Shown: positions 38,667-49,053, numbered from the stretch's first letter. The stretch is DNA of 64,000 nt from Cenarchaeum sp. (GCA_965242695.1 CBDESU010000001.1:256001-320000); one strand, 5' to 3'. Notes: generated from the sequence alone by a model not told the origin. Translations and numbers: made by a program.

Positions 38667-39098
38667 CTACGGCGCGCCCGCGGGAGGCGCGGCCACGCGC
38701 AGCGCTTGGCCGGAGCGCGTGGAGACGGCAAACTCGCCGCCCGCCGGCGCATCGCACACGAGCGTGCGGGGGACGGAGACGGCCAGGCCCGCAATGCCCG
38801 CCCCGCCCAGGCCGGCCGCCTCGCACCGCACGGGCCGCCCGCCCGCATCCCACGCGCCGGCCAGGACGGCCGGGGAGGGCGACCCGGGGGCCGCCGCAAC
38901 CGTCGCATACGTGCGGTTCCCGTCGTGCTGCACGTCGATTGCGGCCAGGCGGCCGGCGGCAAGGCCGGCGCTGCGCGCATCGGCGAGCGAGCGGGCCGCA
39001 TCGGATGCGCTCGCGGCCCCGTCGGCGACGGCCGCCGCGACGGCCGCCGCGGCGGCGAATCCTGCGAGCAGGACCACGGCCTCATACGAGAGCATCAT
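38667..39098 (-). CDS. pilin-like membrane-anchored protein
   Basis: MMLSYEAVVLLAGFAAAAAV N-terminal helix plus a small beta domain. TTTTTA upstream. Confidence 0.55.
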   Translation of the reverse strand: MMLSYEAVVLLAGFAAAAAVAAAVADGAASASDAARSLADARSAGLAAGRLAAIDVQHDGNRTYATVAAAPGSPSPAVLAGAWDAGGRPVRCEAAGLGGAGIAGLAVSVPRTLVCDAPAGGEFAVSTRSGQALRVAAPPAGAP

Positions 39099-39204
39099 TG
39101 CGCCCGCCCCGCATGCGGGCAGCTAAAAAGCGGGGGCCCCGCGTTCCCGCGCCCGCCCCGGGCCGCCGTGCCGGCCTTAAATCCAAACCGGCGCCGCCGC
39201 CGCA

Positions 39205-39957
39205 ATGCTAGACAAGATGGGAAAGACAGACCTGGGAGAGGCCGCAAAGTCGCTCGGCATCGTCTTTGTGATCGGCATCATCGTGGCCGTCACGGGCGGC
39301 ATGCTCACGGCCCTTGTGGCCGAGGACGACACCCCGTACGGCGGGGACGGCGGGGACGGGGACGGGGACGGCACCGCAAGGCAGTTCATCGGCATAATGC
39401 ACAGGGAGGGCAAGAGCTTTGTCGGCCTTGTCGCGTTCTGGGCCCCGATAGCCGGCCTGCTGATGATACTTTCGGCGGGGATCATACTGCTGCTTGGCGG
39501 CGGCAGGGGCGGCGCCCTCTGGGGCGCCGTCGCGCCCCGCCTGGCCATTGCCGTCGCCGCCTCGGCCGCTGCCGCCTGCCTGCTCGCCGCGCGCGGGACG
39601 GTCGGCGCCGAGACGCTAGCCGTCGCGTTCGCCGCCGCACTGGCTGCCGACGTGGCCACTACGGCGCTCTCGCCGCGGTGCATGGCGCGCGAGACGAACC
39701 TGCCGCTTGCGCTAGGCGCAAGACTGGCGGGGCCGCGGCTCGGCTGGGCCGTGTACGGGGCGGCGTACGCTGCGGCGTGCGGCGCGGCAGCGCACCTGTT
39801 CGCGCTCGACGCGTACGCGCTGCTCGCAGTCCTGGCGCCGCTTCATGCGGCGGCCGCATTCGCCAACGCGTACGGCGGCAGGATTCGGCTCGCCCGCACG
39901 CGCGCGCGGGCCGGGCCTGCGCCGGCAGCTGCGCCGCAGAGGCCGCATCGCGCATAG
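39205..39957 (+). CDS. membrane protein: N-terminal two-helix hairpin plus C-terminal DUF5658-like domain
   Basis: Two hydrophobic helices around an acidic loop, then ADVATT....RETN.P in a TM bundle. TTAAAT about 25 bp upstream. Confidence 0.6.
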   Translation: MLDKMGKTDLGEAAKSLGIVFVIGIIVAVTGGMLTALVAEDDTPYGGDGGDGDGDGTARQFIGIMHREGKSFVGLVAFWAPIAGLLMILSAGIILLLGGGRGGALWGAVAPRLAIAVAASAAAACLLAARGTVGAETLAVAFAAALAADVATTALSPRCMARETNLPLALGARLAGPRLGWAVYGAAYAAACGAAAHLFALDAYALLAVLAPLHAAAAFANAYGGRIRLARTRARAGPAPAAAPQRPHRA

Positions 39958-40095
39958 GGCGCCACGGCACCGACATCCATCATTTTTCTTTTTTGTTTCG
40001 CGCGATCGCCCCTGCCGCGGCCCGCGCGGCGGCCGGTTCCGGCCGGCGCCGCCGAAGCCGCCCTTGGACTGCCCGCGCGGGATGCCTGCCGCCGC

Positions 40096-40938
40096 TCAGC
40101 GTTTTCTGCCGGGCGCGCGGCCCGCGCGCCGGCTCCCCTGCCGCTGCCGCTTCGGCGCAGGGGACGACGATCCCGGCGCGCGCCGCCCGCTCCTGCGCGC
40201 CGCCTTGTTGGCCTTGACCCATACCATGCTCCTCCCCCTTGGCCGCACGGCCGCCTCGGGCGGCGCCTCGGCCCCGGCCGCCTGGGCCTTTAGCCGTATG
40301 TGGTAGCGCTTTGATGCGGCAAGGTACGATGCCTTGCCGGCCGCCGTCGCGTAGCGCCGCCGAGCGTACTCGCGGTTGCGGGTGCGGTTGAGCTCGACCG
40401 CGGCCGGATTGCTGCGGTACGACTCGTACGCCCCCTTCTTGGAGCACGCGTTGCTGCAGTAGCGCGTGCGCATGGACTCTTCCGGTATGCGCTTGCCGCA
40501 CTGGTCGCAGTACAGCGGCTTCTTCGGCTCGGTGCGCCGCCTGCGCTCGGCCTTGCTGGCCTCCTCAAACTGGACCCTGACCTCGGGGTGCAGCCGCGAC
40601 TCTACGGCCGTGCGCTTGCGGCACCTATCGCTGCACAGGCGCGTCTGGGGCCTGCGGTCCTTGGGGAGGGGGCCCCCGCAGTACCTGCACGTGGTCGGCC
40701 GCCCTGGCTTGGCCGCCCCGCGTGCAGGCTTGGCCGCCCCGCGTGCAGGCTTGGCCGCCCCGCGTGCAGGCTTGGCCGCCCCGCGTGCAGGCTTGGCCGC
40801 CCCGCGCCCCTGCTGCCGCGCGGCGCCGCCACGGCGCCTGCCGCCGCCGAGAATGCTGCCGACCGCCGCACCAATGCGATCGAGTCGCCGCGCCGCGCCG
40901 CCGCGGCGCCTGCTGCCGCCCCTTGCCGACGCTACCAT
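40096..40938 (-). CDS. basic zinc-finger protein (CxxC...CSxxC x2) with a 21-bp GAAKPAR repeat
   Basis: CRYCG..LCSDRC and CDQCG..YCSNAC. TTTATA about 25 bp upstream of ATG 40938. Confidence 0.75.
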   Translation of the reverse strand: MVASARGGSRRRGGAARRLDRIGAAVGSILGGGRRRGGAARQQGRGAAKPARGAAKPARGAAKPARGAAKPARGAAKPGRPTTCRYCGGPLPKDRRPQTRLCSDRCRKRTAVESRLHPEVRVQFEEASKAERRRRTEPKKPLYCDQCGKRIPEESMRTRYCSNACSKKGAYESYRSNPAAVELNRTRNREYARRRYATAAGKASYLAASKRYHIRLKAQAAGAEAPPEAAVRPRGRSMVWVKANKAARRSGRRAPGSSSPAPKRQRQGSRRAGRAPGRKR

Positions 40939-41311
40939 GCGGGGCGGGGCCGGGCGGCATGCTATAAACCGCACGATCCTGGAATTGAGATGCACGGCAG
41001 GGCGCCGCCCCCGCCCTTGCCATGCGGCGCGGGGGGGGGGGAGGGGGAGAGGATGCCACGCCTGCCCTGTCCTGTAGGATATTGGACAGCGTGCGGGCGG
41101 CGGCCCGCTCTGGCCCGTGATGAGGGCGCACAGACCCCTGCCACGCGCCCCTGTCCCGGACCGCCCGCAGACTGGCCGGCATTCCTAGCGCCTGCCAAGT
41201 GGCGGCGGACGGAGGCGCAATGCGGAAGTGCGATCGGCGACCGGCAATGGCCGGCTATACTGCCGCGATCGCGGCCCGATCGTGCGCGGCGGCCGTGCCG
41301 GCCGGCGGCAT

Positions 41312-41572
41312 TTACTGTCCCTTCCTCCGCCGCTCCAGCGCCGCCACCAGGCCCTCGCTGAATATGATCACGTCCTCGATGCGCGGGCTCTGCCGGCCCG
41401 TCCCGAACAGGTTCCTGCCGATCAGGGCGATCTCGCCCTTTGAGTCCCGCGCATCGGCCAAGAGGTGGAAGAACCCCATGTCGTGGGGCCTGTCCTCCAT
41501 GTCCGAGTGCGGGCCGCCCAGATCGCTGAACGCGATCCGGCTCGCCTCCGTCGGCGGCGCACTGTCCGTCAT
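41312..41572 (-). CDS. hypothetical protein, translationally coupled to the upstream pseudogene
   Basis: ATGA overlap at 41569-41572; 86 aa with natural composition. Confidence 0.6.
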   Translation of the reverse strand: MTDSAPPTEASRIAFSDLGGPHSDMEDRPHDMGFFHLLADARDSKGEIALIGRNLFGTGRQSPRIEDVIIFSEGLVAALERRRKGQ

Positions 41573-42038
41573 TTCATCAGGCTGCATCCGGCCATCTCCT
41601 CCCATACCCTGTCGCAACTGTCCCTGCTAAAGCGATCCCTCTTTGCGGTGACCCTTTCTACAATGTCGGCGCGCCGGATGCCGCTCGCCCTGTGCAGCAT
41701 GTGCAGCGATGCGGCGATCTCGAGAAAGTCGTGTCATTCTCCCTCCCACTGACGAACCTCCCGAACCTCTCAAAGCGTTCCTGCACGGCAGGGTTGACAA
41801 ACACCATGTCCTTGTCGTACGGCATCATGCCGCATATCGAGCCTGGCGCGCAGCCGACCGCTGCGAGCCCTGTGCAGTGCGGCCCGTGCAGGTACCACGA
41901 GTAGTCGTAGCCAAGGTACACGCCGAACGCCTGCAAGAGGTAGACGAACTTTTGGATGCGCAGGCGATGCTCAAAGTCGGCCATGCTGAACTCTAGGTCG
42001 GGAAACTGGCGCAGTATGTGCCCCGGATCGACGACAGC
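41569..42038 (-). pseudogene. YwgA/SocA(Panacea)-like antitoxin-type protein, frameshifted (~41730), no evident start codon
   Basis: RLRIQKFVYLLQ...LGYDYSWYLHGP motif, continuing in another frame as DFLEIAASLH...W.EM...L. Confidence 0.7.
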
Positions 42039-42067
42039 CTACCCGCGACCGTGCCGGGACGGCGCGT

Positions 42068-44011
42068 ATGAAAGGCATGCCCCTGCCTCCCGCCTTTTAT
42101 GCAGAGCCGCGCCGCGCGCGCATGCCAGGATTGGAGGCGCCGGCAGGCGGCAGCCCACGCCCCCGATCTGCCGGCCGCCGCTCGGCCGCCCGCCACGGGT
42201 ACCTGATGCGCCCGGTCAACATGATCTACGCCGGCGAGGACAGGCAGCGCATGCTCGTCGGCCGCCTAAAGACGCTAGCCGACTCGCTCGACTCGCCCGT
42301 CGCCATAGACATGTACAGGGAGAGCGAGGAGATGATGTTCGGCTCGAGGCCGCTGCGGTGCTCGAACGAGCGGACCGTCCTGTCCTCGCACGCCGACGTC
42401 TCGGCGCTGCTCGACCAGGCGGGGTTTGCGTACGAGCGGGTGCCGCCGCCGCGGTACGAGGTCGCATCCTCCTCGGCCGGCCACGTCGTCCTTGCAAACG
42501 GCCTGCTCGCCAGGTGCTACTCGCTGCACGGCACGCCCGACCGCCTGCGCGCCGGCTGGATATACGCGATGTTCGGCGCCTGCGACTTTGTCCGCTTGCT
42601 CGTCTCGCCCGTCCCCGCCTCGTCGCACCTCCAGGTGCTGCGCGCCGCCGGCCGCGCCGCCCGCGACGAGTCGCGCGCGTCGGGGGCGATCGGCGGCGCC
42701 GGCACGGCGGCCGAGATGCGCGAGCGCGTCCTCGGCAGCGGCTCGTCGTCGATCGTATCGGTGCGCATAGTCCTCGGCGTGATGGGGCGCGACCGCAGGT
42801 CGCTTGCGGGGAGGGCGTCGGCCATGCTGTCGCGGGCGCGCGGCATGCGCGTCGATGCGCGGCGCCTGCCGTGGGCCGACGCGAGGTGGCTGCGCGCCGG
42901 GCGCACCGACATTCGCGTCGAGACCGGCTCGCTGCACCCCCTGTTCCCGTTCATCTCGTCCGAGCTGTACGAGAGGGGCGGCGCCGCGTGGGGGATCAAC
43001 CTCGCCACGGGCGGCGCCGTAAAGTACGACTACAAGCAGCGCCGCAACTACAACGTCGCGATCGCCGCGACGAGCGGCGCCGGCAAGAGCCACACCATCA
43101 AGATCATGCTCTCGCGCGCCAGGCGCATGTACCCGCGCGCGTTCGTGTTCATCGTCGACATCGAGAACGAGTACGTCGAATTCGGCCGCTCGCTCGGCCT
43201 TGCCGTGTGCGAGGCGTCCCCGGGCGTGCGCCTCGGGATGGACCCGTTCGGGTACATGACGGGGTACCGGGCGGCCTCTCTCCTTGCATCCATGCTCGGC
43301 GTGGGCCCCCTTGCAAGGTACGCGATGATCAGGGCCGCCGAGGACGGCTCGTGCCGCAGCGCGTCCGACATGGTCCGCCTCGTGGCAGAGGCCGACGCGC
43401 GGGACGGGACGAGCCACGCCCCGCTCGCGTCCATACTGCGGATGGGGCCGGTCAGGGCCGTCCTTGACGGCGAGCCGATGCTCGGCGGGGGCGGAGGGGA
43501 GGATGCGAGCACCGTCCTCGCCCTCGGGAGGTCGTTTGCCGTAAACTCGGACGAGCACCGCCTGGCGACCCGGGTCGCGCTCGAGTTTGCGATAGACAGG
43601 GCCACGCGCATGCCGCGCGACGTGCCAAAGTACGTCGTTCTCGACGAGGGGTGGGCGCTGTTCCGCGACGAGGCGACTGCCGAGTCGGTCGAGGAGCTCG
43701 CGCGGAGGGCCAGAAAGTACAACGTCATCATCGTGCTCGCCACGCAGAACGTCGACGACATCGCGCGGCACCGGCATGCGCTGGCGCTGTTCCGAAACTG
43801 CGACACAAAGATCTTCCTAAAGCTCGAGGAGCGCCGCCAGATGGCCGACGTCCTCGGGCTGCCCGAGCCCGAGATCGGCATACTGATGGCCGCCGAGCCG
43901 GGCGAGGCGATGATCCACGCCACGGACAACGACGTGCGCACCCGCATGGTCGCCGACGATGCAGAGCTGGAGATGTTCGACACGAACCCGAACACGGCGG
44001 CGGGGGGCTGA
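42068..44011 (+). CDS. virB4: VirB4-like (HerA/FtsK superfamily) secretion ATPase
   Basis: G.WGIN..TG..V.YD...RRNYN; Walker A ATSGAGKS; IVD.ENEY; Walker B VVLDEGW; RRARKYN...ATQ; NCDTKIFL. Confidence 0.85.
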   Translation: MKGMPLPPAFYAEPRRARMPGLEAPAGGSPRPRSAGRRSAARHGYLMRPVNMIYAGEDRQRMLVGRLKTLADSLDSPVAIDMYRESEEMMFGSRPLRCSNERTVLSSHADVSALLDQAGFAYERVPPPRYEVASSSAGHVVLANGLLARCYSLHGTPDRLRAGWIYAMFGACDFVRLLVSPVPASSHLQVLRAAGRAARDESRASGAIGGAGTAAEMRERVLGSGSSSIVSVRIVLGVMGRDRRSLAGRASAMLSRARGMRVDARRLPWADARWLRAGRTDIRVETGSLHPLFPFISSELYERGGAAWGINLATGGAVKYDYKQRRNYNVAIAATSGAGKSHTIKIMLSRARRMYPRAFVFIVDIENEYVEFGRSLGLAVCEASPGVRLGMDPFGYMTGYRAASLLASMLGVGPLARYAMIRAAEDGSCRSASDMVRLVAEADARDGTSHAPLASILRMGPVRAVLDGEPMLGGGGGEDASTVLALGRSFAVNSDEHRLATRVALEFAIDRATRMPRDVPKYVVLDEGWALFRDEATAESVEELARRARKYNVIIVLATQNVDDIARHRHALALFRNCDTKIFLKLEERRQMADVLGLPEPEIGILMAAEPGEAMIHATDNDVRTRMVADDAELEMFDTNPNTAAGG

Positions 44012-44016
44012 CCGGA

Positions 44017-45189
44017 ATGGAGCACGCGCATGCGGCCGCCATAATGATGGCCGTGGCCGCCGCTGCCGCGGCGGCGGCCGCATCGCACGCCTACGAGGAG
44101 GCCGGGCATGCGGCCGCCGGCGGGGCCGCATCCGCGCCGCCCGTCCACGCGCACGTGGATGTGAGGGGCGAGCGGCCGGCGGTCGCGACCCTGGCCGTGT
44201 CCAACGCGGGCCGCGCCGCCGTGGTCTCGGTCAACGCGACCGTATGCGGGGCGTCCGGGCTGCTCGGCAGGGCCGCCGGCGACGCCAACTGGTCGCTGCG
44301 CGCGGGATCGTCGGCGCATGTCGCGTGGGCCGCCCCGTGCCATGCCGGCCCCGCCCTGGCCCGGGTAGAGTACGAGACGGCCGACGGATCGTCCGCGGTT
44401 ACACTCCACAGGGCGTGCGCGGGCAGCGCATGCGGGCGCGGGATCGGCGGCATCGGCGGCGGCGCCGGGGGGTGGCGGGGGGACGGGGCCGCCCTGCCGC
44501 CGCCGCTGCCGACGCTGCTGGTGCCGATGCCGCCGCCGGTGCAGCCCAGTCCCCTGCCGGCCCCCGAGATTGCATCGTGCTCGGTGTCCGGCCTGGCCGC
44601 CACGGTCTGCTTCAACGGCAGCGCCGCGGCCGCATCGTACGAGGTCTCGCGCCTGCTCTCTCCGGGGCCTTCGGAATACGCCCTTGTCGGCAGCGCCGCG
44701 ACGGCGCCGGCCTGCCATTCGGACAGGGCGCCGCCCGGGTCGGCGTCGGCAACGTACGCGGTCTCGGCGCTGCCGGCTGCACCTGGGGGAGGCAGCGCAT
44801 CGCAGCCGTCGCGCACGGCGCGCGCCGACTTTGCCGCGCAGCAGTGCTACGTGGACACGCCGGGCGGCGAGAGGGTCGGCTCGCCGCGCGGACCGCCGGC
44901 GCCGGCGCCGGCAGCGCAGTCGGACTATCGCATCGCAATGTACACTGGGTTTGCATCCACGCCGCGTACGGTGCAGGCCGGCTTTGGCCCCGACATCCAC
45001 GTGGTCGAAAGGCTGTCCGACGGGTCGTGGTCGCGCCTCGGGTACGCGCCGTCGCACCCGCGCGATTCGCTGTCCGAGCACCTGCCGGCCGAGCTGGTCG
45101 CGCGCAGCGCGTCCGGGGATGCGGACGTGAGGTACGTCCGCGCCGACCTGCTGCGCCACCTGGACGCCTTCTGGGGGTCGCGGCAGTGA
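44017..45189 (+). CDS. pilin-like/secreted protein with beta-rich domains
   Basis: MEHAHAAAIMMAVAAAA hydrophobic N-terminus and a V.NAG motif; starts 5 bp after the virB4 stop. Confidence 0.6.
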   Translation: MEHAHAAAIMMAVAAAAAAAAASHAYEEAGHAAAGGAASAPPVHAHVDVRGERPAVATLAVSNAGRAAVVSVNATVCGASGLLGRAAGDANWSLRAGSSAHVAWAAPCHAGPALARVEYETADGSSAVTLHRACAGSACGRGIGGIGGGAGGWRGDGAALPPPLPTLLVPMPPPVQPSPLPAPEIASCSVSGLAATVCFNGSAAAASYEVSRLLSPGPSEYALVGSAATAPACHSDRAPPGSASATYAVSALPAAPGGGSASQPSRTARADFAAQQCYVDTPGGERVGSPRGPPAPAPAAQSDYRIAMYTGFASTPRTVQAGFGPDIHVVERLSDGSWSRLGYAPSHPRDSLSEHLPAELVARSASGDADVRYVRADLLRHLDAFWGSRQ

Positions 45190-46214
45190 GGGCGGGCTGG
45201 GGGGTGGCCCTGGCTGCCGCGCTTGCGGCCTCTGCCGTCCTTTGCCTCGATGCGGCCGCCGGGCAGGCCTCGCCCTACCCCGCACACCCATGGGGATATG
45301 CCGGCGGCGAAGGCGGGGGCGGCGCCGGCGCCGCACCGTACTGGAGGTTTCTCGGCGGCGTCGGCGCCGGCGACTCGTTTGCGTACAGGATATGCGATTC
45401 GCTGTACGGCCCCTTTGCCGCCGGCGGACACGGCCCGCTTGCGCCGCGGAGCGGTGGCGGGGAGGGACGCTGGGCGTGCTACCTGGCCGAGCTGCACATA
45501 GAGGCCGTCGTCCCCGTATCGGGCGGCCGGAACGGCTCCGCCCAGGCCGCCTCCGTCGGCGCCGACGTCTATGTCGTCAGGGCCGCGGCGGACTGGGGCG
45601 GGGGCGGATCCGCGGCGCAGCCGCGCGCCCCCGAGTCCGTCCTGCTCGTCGTCGACGGCGGGAGCGGCCGCCTGGCCGTAAGGCACGCCATGCCCGCCGA
45701 CAGGGCCCTTGCCGAGTCCCTGCAGAGGACGATATTCTGGAGGGGAGGGCTCGGCGGCGGCGCGGCGCTCGCGTACGGCGAGCCGGTGGCCGAGCTGATC
45801 AGGGGCGTCCCGTCGACGGCGCTCCTCGTGTCCGGCTCGCACGTGTCCGAGTCGGGCCATGTCGAGTACACCGCAGTGCACGGCCTGCCTCGCCCGGCGC
45901 CCCACGCCGAGGGCGGCTGGCGCGCGCACGGGGGGCAGGGGATCAGCAAGGTCGTGCTTGCCGCCGGGGTCGGGCTGCCCGTCTCGGCCCGCGTGTACGG
46001 GGGATCGCCTCCGCCGCTCGACCACTACCACCCGGGCAGGCCGCTGTTCGAGTACGAGATGGTCGCGCTCGGGCAGGCGCCAGAGCCGGGCGCGCAGACC
46101 GCCGGCGGCCAGCCCGCCCATGCCGATCCCATCTCCAACCCGCACTATGCGGTGCACGGCGGCGGCGGCGGGCACCGGCCGCCGCCGGGACGGGGGGACG
46201 GAGGCGGATGGTAA
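45186..46214 (+). CDS. secreted hypothetical protein
   Basis: GTGA overlap, signal peptide, W....G.GDSF.YRICD motif. Confidence 0.65.
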   Translation: MRAGWGVALAAALAASAVLCLDAAAGQASPYPAHPWGYAGGEGGGGAGAAPYWRFLGGVGAGDSFAYRICDSLYGPFAAGGHGPLAPRSGGGEGRWACYLAELHIEAVVPVSGGRNGSAQAASVGADVYVVRAAADWGGGGSAAQPRAPESVLLVVDGGSGRLAVRHAMPADRALAESLQRTIFWRGGLGGGAALAYGEPVAELIRGVPSTALLVSGSHVSESGHVEYTAVHGLPRPAPHAEGGWRAHGGQGISKVVLAAGVGLPVSARVYGGSPPPLDHYHPGRPLFEYEMVALGQAPEPGAQTAGGQPAHADPISNPHYAVHGGGGGHRPPPGRGDGGGW

Positions 46215-49036
46215 ACTCGGCCGCCGCGGCCCTCGTCTCGGCCGCGGCCATCGCTGCCATCCTCGGCGTGCACTCGGCCGCCGTCGGCTCCGAGGTGCGC
46301 ATTGCGGGCGAGGCGGCCGACATGATATCCTCGCTCGCGGCAGCCTCGAACGAGGCCGTCTCGGCATCGTACGATGCGCCGTCGCGGTCGATCACAGTCC
46401 GCAACCATGGGGCCCTGCCGGCGCGCATCTTCATGGTCGACGTCCTGGCGCCGCGCGGCGGCGCGGAAGGCGGCGCGCCCGTGCGCGTGGCGCTTGCGCC
46501 GGGCGGGTACGCCGCCCCGCCGGGCATGATCGTCGTGAACGGGTCGGCCGTGGGCGGCTCGCGCGAGGTCGCGCCGGGGGCTGCATTGTCGATCCCGCTC
46601 GCCGGCGCACTGGGCGCCGCATCCGCATCCACGGCTCCCCCGCACCCGCGCTCGGCGGCCATTGCGACGGATGCGGGAACCCGGGCCGTCGTGGCCGGGC
46701 TGCCAGTATCCACGGCGCCGGGAGGAGGAGGCGGCGGAACCGGCGCCGCCGCCGGAGGCGGCAACGGCACGGCGACGATAAACGGCATGGGGATCAACTC
46801 GCGCATAGTCCACGCGTGGCACGGCGGGTTTGCCGTCGTGGGCACCGGGACGGTCGGCAGTGTGGTGGTACCCGCCGGCCCGTACGTGCGGGCAGGCGGC
46901 GCGGCCGACGGCTTTGTCGGGGTCGTGCTCGGCGGCGACCCGTCCGAGGCCGCGGCCGTCCCGTCCCTGTCCGGCTCGTACGCGTACGGCCCGGGCGGGT
47001 CGCTTGCGCCAGACGGGGGCGGCCGTGGGGCTGCCGCACCGCTCGCGTACGCCGCAAAGCGCACCCTCGAGGGCTCACCGTCGGTCGTGCGCGGCGGGGA
47101 CGGGCTGGAGCTGCGCGGCCCGGGCCGCGTCGTCCTCGAGCTGCGCGCCGGCGATCCAGGCTCGGCCCTGTTCCTGTCGGGCTCGGCCGCCGGCGCCGCC
47201 GAGGTGCTCGCCGGCGCCTCTCCGTACGACCTATTCTCGCAGGCGTACGCGGCGGGCAGGGGGTTTGAGGTGTGGAGGGGGCAGGCGGCCGGGCCGTCGT
47301 CGCACGCGCGGTTCGACGAGCCGTGCAGCCCGCCCTCGAACAGGGCCGAGTTTTCCGCCTCGTACTGGTGGGACGTGCCGTCGGTTCCGGTCGGGCTGCG
47401 CGGGCGCGTGGCGCACGGCGCCGTGCCGTCGGCCAACAACAACCTGCCAGACCCCGCGACGGGCCTGATGGGCGAGCCGCTCGTGCCGGCCGCTGCGCGC
47501 ATAGAGTACGGGCAGGGCGGCGGGGGCGGCGGGCTGTACGGGACGGTCGAGGGCCTGTCGATGCGGTCCGGCGGCGCGCCGCAGCTGAACGGGCCGGCCG
47601 CCTGCCACGCGCGGCCGGCCGGCGTGGTCCCGGTCCTGTACGACGAGGCGCCGATCGCAGAGGCGCTTGCCGTCTTGCCGGGGGCGCCCGCGCACGGGCG
47701 GTTCGAGGCCGTGCTGGCCGCGCCCGGCGGAGGCGAAAGGTCGTACGTTCTGGTGCGCATGGACGGCCCGTCGGATGCGGTCTCGCTCTCGGCGCGGCAG
47801 CTGTCGCCGGGCGAGGCCCTGCTGTCCGTGGCCGGCCTCCCGCCGTCCATGCCGTACAGGATCGCCTCGGGCGGGGCGGCGCTTGCCGCCGGGGTGACTT
47901 CGGCGGCCGGCGGGATCGCGCTTTCCGCCGCCGACATGGGTCTCGGGCCCGGCGCGCGGCCGGCCGCATCGCGGTGCGATCCGGCCGCCGCCCAGGCGTG
48001 CGCCCCCGCCGGCGCAGGGCGCGCGCCGGCCGCAATGGCGCCGGGCGCCGTCCTGCACCTGTACCGCGACTCGTTTGCCGTGCGCGGCGGGCTCGACGAG
48101 GCCGTCGCGTACGATCCCGTGAACAACGCATCCTTTGCCGTGCCGTCGTGGCGCGCCGACACCGTATACGTGGTGCATGCATGGGCGCGCATTCCCGTGG
48201 TCGGGCACGTATCCGTGTCCGGCGCGGCCCTCAACGGGACGCTTCCGCTGCCGTTCGTCGACGGGAAGAGGGGGGCCGCGCAGGGGGCGGCCCCCGAGTA
48301 CGTCCACGTTCCGGTCGTGCCGCGGTACGCGCACGTCGCAATGTCGGTCAACGGCGTGCCGGCAGCCCTTGCGTTCGCCGATGCGGCCTCGGCGGGAGGG
48401 GGCGGGGCATCTTCGGTGCGCATCATCGTGCCGTCCTCGTCGCAATCGCAGGCGGCCGACCCGGGCGGGCCCGTCGCGCGCGTTGCGGCCCAGGCCGGCG
48501 CGCCGCTCGCGTACGTGGCGCCGCGCGACGGGACGCTCGGCGCCGTGTTCGCGGTGCAGGCGTCCGGCTCTGTCCGGATAGACAACACGTACGTCCTGCG
48601 CGGCGCCGGCGGCGATGCGGGCTGGCGGTTCAACGCGACGGCGGCCGCGCCGCCGGCGCCGCCGTCCGGCTGGGAGCCGAACGCATCCCTCTCGGCGCAC
48701 GTAACAGTGCGGGTAAACGGCGACGTGTCAGGCACGGTCCAGCTCGCGCCCGCGGCCCCGCCCGGGTCGGGGGCGGGGCGCGCGGCGTACTCGGCGTCGG
48801 CCGGCGCCGGCTCGGTGCTCGTGTCGGTCTCGCACGGGCCGCTCGCGTACGATGCGCGCGGGTCGGCCGCGGTGCCGGTGCGGGCCGGCGACATGGTGGA
48901 GTTTGAGGTGGTGGCCGGCGCATCGGAGGCGGCCCCGCCGTACGCCCCGCCGGCCGGCGCCGAGGTGTCCTGGTCGACTGGATCGGCATCGGCCGCCGCC
49001 GCGATCCTGTCGGGAACGGCCATTGCGGGGATGTAG
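46208..49036 (+). CDS. large (942-aa) minor pilin/adhesin-like protein
   Basis: N-terminal helix followed by NE.VS.SY....ITVRNHG..P.RI (archaeal pilin/ArlF-G-like), then a long beta-rich body. Confidence 0.65.
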   Translation: MVNSAAAALVSAAAIAAILGVHSAAVGSEVRIAGEAADMISSLAAASNEAVSASYDAPSRSITVRNHGALPARIFMVDVLAPRGGAEGGAPVRVALAPGGYAAPPGMIVVNGSAVGGSREVAPGAALSIPLAGALGAASASTAPPHPRSAAIATDAGTRAVVAGLPVSTAPGGGGGGTGAAAGGGNGTATINGMGINSRIVHAWHGGFAVVGTGTVGSVVVPAGPYVRAGGAADGFVGVVLGGDPSEAAAVPSLSGSYAYGPGGSLAPDGGGRGAAAPLAYAAKRTLEGSPSVVRGGDGLELRGPGRVVLELRAGDPGSALFLSGSAAGAAEVLAGASPYDLFSQAYAAGRGFEVWRGQAAGPSSHARFDEPCSPPSNRAEFSASYWWDVPSVPVGLRGRVAHGAVPSANNNLPDPATGLMGEPLVPAAARIEYGQGGGGGGLYGTVEGLSMRSGGAPQLNGPAACHARPAGVVPVLYDEAPIAEALAVLPGAPAHGRFEAVLAAPGGGERSYVLVRMDGPSDAVSLSARQLSPGEALLSVAGLPPSMPYRIASGGAALAAGVTSAAGGIALSAADMGLGPGARPAASRCDPAAAQACAPAGAGRAPAAMAPGAVLHLYRDSFAVRGGLDEAVAYDPVNNASFAVPSWRADTVYVVHAWARIPVVGHVSVSGAALNGTLPLPFVDGKRGAAQGAAPEYVHVPVVPRYAHVAMSVNGVPAALAFADAASAGGGGASSVRIIVPSSSQSQAADPGGPVARVAAQAGAPLAYVAPRDGTLGAVFAVQASGSVRIDNTYVLRGAGGDAGWRFNATAAAPPAPPSGWEPNASLSAHVTVRVNGDVSGTVQLAPAAPPGSGAGRAAYSASAGAGSVLVSVSHGPLAYDARGSAAVPVRAGDMVEFEVVAGASEAAPPYAPPAGAEVSWSTGSASAAAAILSGTAIAGM

Positions 49037-49053
49037 GGGGAAGGGAGAGGAAG

